A stretch of 45,559 nucleotides of DNA, taken from Patescibacteria group bacterium. GTDB taxonomy: Bacteria; Patescibacteriota; Minisyncoccia; Minisyncoccales; JANBVM01. This document shows, piece by piece, positions 39,100 to 45,559 of the stretch. Position 1 is the first letter of the stretch. Every line of letters starts with the position of its first letter. The position numbers were made by a program, and so were the translations under genes. The notes under the pieces are model-generated. The model searched no databases. It was not told where the DNA came from and saw only the letters and a program-made list of their open reading frames with translations. The stretch lies in the NCBI GenBank assembly GCA_024239015.1, contig JANBVM010000002.1:8204-53762 (forward strand), given 5' to 3'.

Positions 39100-39437
39100 T
39101 TATTTGTCATTGAAGGTGTTTTTTGTAGCTTTAATCCAATCCCTAATTTTTGGATTTTCTTTTACTTTTCGTATATGTCCTTTTTCTAAAAGAGTTATTT
39201 GACGGTCTATTTTATGTAAGACTATGTAATAATGCTTGAATAGATAATCTAAAGTGTTTATTCGGTATTCTAAACTACTGACTTTTTCTCTTCAAAGTTA
39301 TTAGTAGAGGTAAAATATTTCTCTAAAAGGTCTTCAAGTCTCGTGATTTCTTGTAAGAGATAAGTTTGACCCAGATATAAATGCTCTTTCTTAAACTCTC
39401 GTAGTTCATTAATCGTTAAAGATTTTACATTTACCAA
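39100..39437 (-). pseudogene. Hypothetical gene with a -1 frameshift in an A-run (about 39283-39287)
   Basis: TTG-start frame stops soon after GAG AAA AAG; the -1 frame continues open (KVSSLEYRINTLDYLF...) to 39100. Confidence 0.45.
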
Positions 39438-39450
39438 TTTTGATTACCCT

Positions 39451-39780
39451 CTAATAGTAATTCTTTTTTATTTGATGTTGAGAAAGCCAATAAGCAATAG
39501 TATCAATATGGACATCTTGTTCTTTTGCGATTTCTCCCCTTTTTTTGTTTTTGACAATGTACTCTTCGTAGAGCCATTCCTTATTTCTATAATCCGTAGA
39601 TTTTGGTGTTCGTTTTTTAAGTGTGAAATTTGATGTCCACCTCCTAATTGTTCCTCTTGAAACCTTACATTCTTTTGCTATCTCCTTAATAGTCCGATTA
39701 TTTGTCATATATTCGTTTTTGAGCCACGACTTCATCCTGTATTTTGGTTTTGTGTATGCTATACTCATTTTTTTCAACAC
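39451..39780 (-). CDS. Tandem YxxKxWL-HTH repeat protein (probable start 39768)
   Basis: Two repeats: YRMKSWLKNEY...KEIAKECKVSRGTIRRW and YRNKEWLYEEY...EIAKEQDVHIDTIAYW. Confidence 0.75.
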   Translation of the reverse strand: MLKKMSIAYTKPKYRMKSWLKNEYMTNNRTIKEIAKECKVSRGTIRRWTSNFTLKKRTPKSTDYRNKEWLYEEYIVKNKKRGEIAKEQDVHIDTIAYWLSQHQIKKNYY

Positions 39781-40093
39781 CTCATTTTCCTTATTTCAAA
39801 TTTACATCGCCATCGCTCAATTGTTCTTTCAGAGACTCCTTGTTGGTCAGCAATCTGTTTTTTGTTTTTCTCATAAGTACATACTGATTACGAAGCCATT
39901 CTTTATTTTGATAATCAGTATGATAATTCTGAGGATGTTTAATAAGGTTAAATTTTATAGCCCACCCTTGGATTGTGGATTCAGATTTTCGACACTGTTC
40001 TGCTATATCTTTAAGTGTTCTTTTCTTTGAAATATATTCAACTCTAAGCCAAACCTTATTTCGATATGTTGATTCTGCTAATTGTAAGCTCAC
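39774..40093 (-). CDS. Tandem YxxKxWL-HTH repeat protein needing a -1 frameshift at A_AAA_AAC (39857-39863)
   Basis: The second repeat continues only in the -1 frame: KQIADQQGVSERTIERWRCKFEIRKMRC*. Confidence 0.7.
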
Positions 40094-40242
40094 ATATCCT
40101 CACTCCCTTTCTTATTATTTTTATTTTCTTCTTCATCTTTTACTAAAGTCATAATGAAATCGTGCCATGTGAGTTTCCTCTTAACTTTTATTAACTTATC
40201 ATATTCATACTCCTCCAAATGAACTGCTACTGTTTTTACCAT
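40090..40242 (-). CDS. 50-aa RHH/antitoxin-like protein (not in ORF track)
   Basis: GAGGTGA RBS; MVKTVAVHLEEYEYDKLIKVKRKLTWHDFIMTLV. Confidence 0.65.
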   Translation of the reverse strand: MVKTVAVHLEEYEYDKLIKVKRKLTWHDFIMTLVKDEEENKNNKKGSEDM

Positions 40243-40260
40243 GCAATTTCTCACCTCTAA

Positions 40261-40512
40261 TTAATAACAAGAGCAAATGAATGGATTTTCCACATTTATA
40301 CCAAGAGAATTTGTCATTCGGATATATACTTTATTACAACATTCTTTCGAGCAATAATAATCACAATAAGCCCCCGCACTCCAAGTTGCTTTTTCATCAA
40401 TAGTTTTTCCGCATGACTCACACACCCGCGATAAACCTAATTCCTGATACCATTTTTTTTGATTCTTTATCTTAAATATCTTGATATTTTTTCTCAATTG
40501 AATTTTCCTCAT
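40261..40512 (-). CDS. Zn-finger (TRASH/MYM-like) protein
   Basis: CESCG...YYCSKEC; start taken at the internal MRKIQ. Confidence 0.6.
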   Translation of the reverse strand: MRKIQLRKNIKIFKIKNQKKWYQELGLSRVCESCGKTIDEKATWSAGAYCDYYCSKECCNKVYIRMTNSLGINVENPFICSCY

Positions 40513-40890
40513 TTTTGTTTTAATTCTAATTTTTAATAGATAGTAAGTTAGTATGTACATATATATATAAATATATGCTGACTGTCAGATAAATATCATA
40601 TTACTATCAGCATATTACCAGTCTAAATATATGAGGAATGTATCAAATAATACCAGTTTAAATATTTTTATTATGATTGACTAATAAGTTGAGCGAAAAA
40701 AGTAAAGACCCTATTGTTAAAGTTCAGTGTAATAAGTACGGGATATTGATTCCAACAGACGAGTTCCCAGAAGAGGGTCTTTTTGTCTGTAGTAAGTGCT
40801 TAGGAAGAATAGAGATGATTTGGATACTTAAAAAAAGCTTGAAAGATTTCTGAAATGGGTTAGAGGAGATGGTCGAGAGGGGGAAAAGAA

Positions 40891-41166
40891 ATGATTAATA
40901 AACATGATTTTAAGGTTTTTAAAGGTTTGTTAACAGGGGAAGCATTAGAAATTGTCTTAGATAGAGAGAATTATAACAATTCTCAATTATGCCCAGTCTG
41001 TAATGAGTTTGAACCTCGTGGATTTTTTCAGCATTTTCATTTGTATACTGATGAAAAAAGAGAATACTTTATCACTCTTCATTCGAAATGCGTGTTTAGA
41101 GAGGGAATATATGAGAATTTAAATGAATTATTAGATGATATTGATTATATCACCTATTTTGACTGA
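40891..41166 (+). CDS. Zn-finger hypothetical protein
   Basis: CPVC...HSKC; GAGGGGG upstream. Confidence 0.55.
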   Translation: MINKHDFKVFKGLLTGEALEIVLDRENYNNSQLCPVCNEFEPRGFFQHFHLYTDEKREYFITLHSKCVFREGIYENLNELLDDIDYITYFD

Positions 41167-41321
41167 TTTCTTATTTTCTCTTTTCGTTTACAAAATAAAA
41201 ACAATTTTACAGAATATTTTTCGTGTTAACGAAAACGATTCCTTCTACGAGGATTAGAAGCGTTAACGAAATAGAAAACAATTCTTCGGGGTTTTTTAAT
41301 GTTTATAATAATAAATGATTA

Positions 41322-41489
41322 ATGACTCGTCAAAAGAAATTTGATGAAGAGAGTGTAGTTCTTGGATTTAGAGTACCAAAGTCGAAAGAGGATATCTGTA
41401 GAGAAATAATTCAGAAATGGATAAATGGAAAGGGATGGGAAAGAGTCGAGGTTAAAAGACGAGTAAGAAATGCTAATGGAGGTAATTAA
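41322..41489 (+). CDS. 55-aa Arc/RHH-like protein (not in ORF track)
   Basis: MTRQKKFDEESVVLGFRVPKSKEDICREIIQKWI. Confidence 0.55.
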   Translation: MTRQKKFDEESVVLGFRVPKSKEDICREIIQKWINGKGWERVEVKRRVRNANGGN

Positions 41490-41495
41490 TGAAAA

Positions 41496-41789
41496 ATGCT
41501 AGTTATTGAATATAGGATTAAGAAAAAAAAGCATGTTAAAATGGCTTCTATAGATAATATGTTTAGAAGGCAAGTACTTGTCCAATTTTTAAATAATACC
41601 TTTAAAGATGAAAATGCGGAGCTTTTAGATATTTATATGGAAGAAGACAGGAAAAAAGAAGACACGGAAATAAAGGCGGATGTCGTTGTTTATCAAAATA
41701 CTGGAAAGCCTTCGCTCCCAGATAATCTGAAAAATCGAGTTGATGATTTCAAATTGAGATTGAAAGACTATAATAGCTATAATCTTTAA
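41496..41789 (+). CDS. Hypothetical protein
   Basis: GGAGGT RBS; 97 aa. Confidence 0.55.
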   Translation: MLVIEYRIKKKKHVKMASIDNMFRRQVLVQFLNNTFKDENAELLDIYMEEDRKKEDTEIKADVVVYQNTGKPSLPDNLKNRVDDFKLRLKDYNSYNL

Positions 41790-42091
41790 ATTTCTTCGGT
41801 ATATTTATCGATTTTGAATCGTGCTAAAATAATCTGATAATAGACATAATCACCATTGATATTTGGTCTTAGATACCCTTTATCGTTAAAGGAGCTTAAA
41901 GTTTTTAGAAAGGCTTTTTTCTTATGTTTATGTCCTGATTTGAAATTATAAAATTTATAGATATGTTCAGGTCGCACTATTAAAATATTTGAATTTTTTA
42001 AATAATGTAAGAAATCTAATACATCCTTTCTAATTGCATTTGAACTTTGAGATTTACCCTTTATTGAAATACAGTCACACCATTATTTTTC

Positions 42092-42436
42092 TTAAGGGAT
42101 GAGATTCTTATGGCTTTTTTTGAGCCAATAGGTAATAGACTTATTAAGAAAATCGTTAAACACAACAAATTTTTCAAACTCTTGCCCAATTAGGAAGTTT
42201 TTGTCAACTGTCCAAGAATCTCGAATCTTACAATTAAAACCTCTCTCTAAAAGTGTGTTGATTAAGACCTCCATCTCTTTTTTAGGAAAAGTAAATTTAA
42301 TATCTTTACTACAAACTTTTGTAAAGTACATATCAAGTCCATCAAACCATATGTGAGTCTGTTGTCCAAACTTATCTGAAGTAAATCCTATTTCCTCTCC
42401 AAACATACTATCTAATTTTACTTGTGTTTTCTTCAT
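42092..42436 (-). CDS. Hypothetical protein
   Basis: 114-aa ORF. Confidence 0.55.
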   Translation of the reverse strand: MKKTQVKLDSMFGEEIGFTSDKFGQQTHIWFDGLDMYFTKVCSKDIKFTFPKKEMEVLINTLLERGFNCKIRDSWTVDKNFLIGQEFEKFVVFNDFLNKSITYWLKKSHKNLIP

Positions 42437-42438
42437 AA

Positions 42439-42744
42439 TTAGTCAACTATAGTCTGTGGTATGGGATCTTTACAAAATTCACAATTAGAAACAGTTTTAA
42501 CTTCATCGGAATAATTAATGGGATGTTCATGTTCGATATTATGTTCGTCTCGTAGCTTTGGGATAAGGTTTTCATAACACCCGTAGCAGACAATAAGATT
42601 TGTCTCTCCGTCTTTACTAATAAGTTCATAACCAGTAACTTCAAAATCATGCATACTTATGTTTCTAAGAGAAATCTTATAAAATACGTGTAATTGCAGA
42701 TTTAGGTTGATAGAGATTTTGTCGTAAAATCGACAGAAAGGCAC
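42439..42744 (-). CDS. Zn-finger hypothetical protein (start uncertain)
   Basis: CYGC...CEFC. Confidence 0.5.
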   Translation of the reverse strand: MPFCRFYDKISINLNLQLHVFYKISLRNISMHDFEVTGYELISKDGETNLIVCYGCYENLIPKLRDEHNIEHEHPINYSDEVKTVSNCEFCKDPIPQTIVD

Positions 42745-42831
42745 TAAACAAGGGGTTTAAATCATGGTTTATAGAAAAAAATATACCAAACTTTAAATAA
42801 AATTTAGAACCATTTAATTAGGGGAAGCCAT

Positions 42832-44061
42832 ATGCGAATAAGTAAAAAATCTGGTTTATTACTTTTTATTGTGGCTTTTTCTGTAGGATTTTGTTTTATA
42901 AGTTCCGTTGTAGCGTTTGAAAATGATTCCTATGAGTCTAATTATGCGGAATGGAGATTTTCAAATGGTCAGCCTTATCTTTATGTATCAGCAGATAGCT
43001 ATTATACACTTGGATATTTAGAAGGGCAAAATTTAGCATTTCAAACAGCTTGGATGAAATTAATGATTATGCTCCAAGCTGAACAAATAGGGTTCTCTTA
43101 TGATATCGCGGTATATTATGCTTTAGATTATCTCGATTACATTCCAGAGGAATACATACTTGAAATGAATGGAATCGCTGACGCTATTGATTATGTATTG
43201 ATTCCTTTTATGAGTGTTGTTTATAATATCACTATTGATTTCTTGGATGTCTTAGCTCAGAATACTTTCTGGGATATTTACTATGGTAAGATTGTGCCGA
43301 TGCTTTCTGGATACCCTCAACCCCCGTTAATAAGTGCTGGTTGTACTGCTATCGGTTCCAATACTGGGAAAAAAGCAATTTTAGGTCAGACAATCGACAT
43401 TTCACTTCTTATGCAACCTACTGCATCTTGGGTTTATACAAAAATTCAAGGAAAGAAAGTATTTTCTTTCAGAACGGGTAGTATGTTAGCAATGGGGGGA
43501 GTTAATAAGAGGGGCCTTGCTATTTCAGTCAACCTACTCGAAGTGCTTAATATTGGTAGTATAGGAAAACCTCTTTCCGTAATCTATAGAAGTGCATTAG
43601 AAAACGCTAAAAATGTTCGACAAGCTAAGAATATTATTCTTGATAACGATTTTACATTAGGTTGGAATTTCATCATTCGAGACAAAAGACATGTAGTAGC
43701 AATTGAAACTATTCCTAATTCTTATAGTTTTGAGAGGACTAGAAAAGGAAGTTATACATTTGACGCAAACATATATGAGAATCCTTATTTCAAGATGTTT
43801 ATGATATATCCTACGAAATATGTAGAACGATATAATCGAGTCTCAGAATTATGTCAAACCTATAGCCAAGACGGAAAATTAGACATCAACGATTTATTTG
43901 AAATTTATTCAGACACCCTGATATCACGAAGATATACTTCTCCAGACCCATTAAGTGTAGGCACTGCAGGGTCGTTCTTTGTTGACACTAAGAATAATGT
44001 ATATTTTTCTTTAGGAAATCCATTAGATTCAACATTAGGCGTAATTTCATCATTCAATTAA
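42832..44061 (+). CDS. Secreted C45-family Ntn-hydrolase/peptidase
   Basis: Signal-peptide-like N-terminus; EMNGIADA; autoprocessing GCTAIG; GQTID; GGVNKRGLAISVN. Confidence 0.85.
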   Translation: MRISKKSGLLLFIVAFSVGFCFISSVVAFENDSYESNYAEWRFSNGQPYLYVSADSYYTLGYLEGQNLAFQTAWMKLMIMLQAEQIGFSYDIAVYYALDYLDYIPEEYILEMNGIADAIDYVLIPFMSVVYNITIDFLDVLAQNTFWDIYYGKIVPMLSGYPQPPLISAGCTAIGSNTGKKAILGQTIDISLLMQPTASWVYTKIQGKKVFSFRTGSMLAMGGVNKRGLAISVNLLEVLNIGSIGKPLSVIYRSALENAKNVRQAKNIILDNDFTLGWNFIIRDKRHVVAIETIPNSYSFERTRKGSYTFDANIYENPYFKMFMIYPTKYVERYNRVSELCQTYSQDGKLDINDLFEIYSDTLISRRYTSPDPLSVGTAGSFFVDTKNNVYFSLGNPLDSTLGVISSFN

Positions 44062-44228
44062 AAAACAAAATGTTTTAGAAAAAGTTTACAAACCAAAATC
44101 CTTTTTTTTTATTCTTTCTTTCAGGAGAAAAATAGAGATTTTTAAATCGTAATTATAATCATAAGTTTCAATTTTACTATTATTGTTAATACTCACAATT
44201 TTCAATTAATTCTTGCTCCATTAAAATA

Positions 44229-44702
44229 TCAATCCATTATATCATCTTCATTATCCAAATCTATCTTTAGAAAAAGACCCAATTCATAATTTAAAGGTTC
44301 TGTTGTAAATGCTATAAGTTTATTTCTATCAACGGTTTCAGAACTAGAGCTCGAGGATTTCTTAACTTCAATGACCAAAATATTTTTTCCATGTGGTCCT
44401 CGTTCATGTATATTAATATCAGGAATAACAGGACTTAACTTAGTATCATCCCAATTATTATTATCCGTTGGAAGTTCCAGTCTCTTAACAATATCCTCAA
44501 TATCTCTCCTTTTAAAACGATTATATTCACAATCAACATTGAATTCAGGAATATGTTGTTGCAAATATTCTGCTAATTTATGTGTAATAGTTCTCTCATT
44601 AACTTCTTCATCAAGTAAATACCTATCCAGTCTTCTTAATTTTTGTAAACAGCAATTAATTATATTTTCTAATTCGGCTTTTGTGAAGGTTCCATTATAC
44701 AT
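44229..44702 (-). CDS. PD-(D/E)xK-like protein; last 9 residues probably lost to a TGG>TGA change
   Basis: NERTITHKLAEYL, VDCEYNR, PDINIHERG, LVIEVKK; read-through gives D*YFNGARIN* ending at 44202. Confidence 0.7.
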   Translation of the reverse strand: MYNGTFTKAELENIINCCLQKLRRLDRYLLDEEVNERTITHKLAEYLQQHIPEFNVDCEYNRFKRRDIEDIVKRLELPTDNNNWDDTKLSPVIPDINIHERGPHGKNILVIEVKKSSSSSSETVDRNKLIAFTTEPLNYELGLFLKIDLDNEDDIMD

Positions 44703-44909
44703 AATGATCTATTTAATTTTTTTAATTAATTTTTGTCTTCCCCTAGAATATGCTCAACAAAAATATATCTTTTTAATCAAAAGTTTCACTTTTTATATAT
44801 ATTAAAACCTAATTAATATTGACGAAAATAAAGGATCGATATCACATACAACGAAATAGAAGGTTAATTTTGAAATCTAAAATTAATGATAAAAAGAAAA
44901 CGAATTATT

Positions 44910-45188
44910 TCAAAAATTAAAAAGCTCTTTATATCCATTTGCATATTCATTGACTTCGACACTCCCAATACGACATTCTAAATCTTCAATAATTTTGACA
45001 ATAGGATTTACATTAGCAATTTTACACAACTCAACATATTTATTGAATATCTCCGCCGGGATGTCAACCTTCATTGTCTCAACAGAAGTCAAACAATCAC
45101 CTCCTTTATAAATTTTAATAATATTCTTAACTCGGTCAATAAGCGTTGTAAACCTAATTTTATAAGCTTCATCGGGTAACTGAATCAT
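44910..45188 (-). CDS. Hypothetical protein
   Basis: 92-aa ORF. Confidence 0.4.
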   Translation of the reverse strand: MIQLPDEAYKIRFTTLIDRVKNIIKIYKGGDCLTSVETMKVDIPAEIFNKYVELCKIANVNPIVKIIEDLECRIGSVEVNEYANGYKELFNF

Positions 45189-45559
45189 ATCAATTTTGTC
45201 GGAATTATATTAAAATTAAAAAAGAAGGATAAAAAGAAAACGAATTAAAAAAAAATTAAGAATTAATTATATTATCTATTTCTTTACGGAAATATCCATA
45301 TGACATTTCGTCATAATAATAGGCTCTCTTAATCATACAATAATAGCCAATTGTTATAGTTTTGCCTTCTTTTAATGTTTTATCAGCGAATAATACAAGC
45401 TAAAATTACGGATATTTATGATTCAAGACTTAATTCCATAGGTCTGAATCCCTCAATATTCCGTAGATTCTTAAGAAAATGGCGTAAAAAACATTTTAAC
45501 CACAAAAATGAATAGTTAGATTTCTTGTATTTTAAATATTACGGTTAAGATTAGTAATA

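Noticed and set aside
6969..44231. Genome-wide stop-codon reassignment
   Set aside because: Interruptions involve TAG, TAA and TGA alike, and all three also end intact genes; nonsense mutation is more parsimonious
1..45559. CRISPR array or cas operon to accompany the CARF and TnpB genes
   Set aside because: No run of equal-length repeats with unique spacers and no cas1/cas10/RAMP motifs seen; TnpBs not called Cas12

Overview
Very AT-rich archaeal DNA (Orc1/Cdc6, TFB, TrmB/ArsR-type wHTH and RHH regulators, GGTGA/GAGG-type RBS); gene style suggests Asgard/Lokiarchaeia, which is inference only. The intact core (13.6-33.3 kb) brings together a TadA/VirB11-type pilus ATPase, a membrane-anchored HerA/VirB4/VirD4-like ATPase, a TadC/GspF-like platform protein, a 55-aa Flp-like pilin missed by the ORF track, a divergent TFB and an Orc1-2 (ORC2)-like Cdc6. 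These are the component classes of the Sulfolobales Orc1-2 > TFB3 > Ups/Ced DNA-exchange pathway, here in one locus. Flanks are accessory and partly decaying. They hold two transposase-less TnpB elements sharing an upstream motif, a putative defence block (nucleotidyltransferase, wHTH-CARF split by one TAG, TPR-HEPN, HNH), a PD-(D/E)xK + DUF4238 insert, an integrase-SAM/D5-wHTH/TFIIB-like chimeric protein, and a virus/plasmid-like run of small HTH/RHH/Zn-finger ORFs. No tRNA, rRNA, CRISPR array, relaxase or catalytic integrase was seen. All family calls come from motif reading by eye, without database searches.
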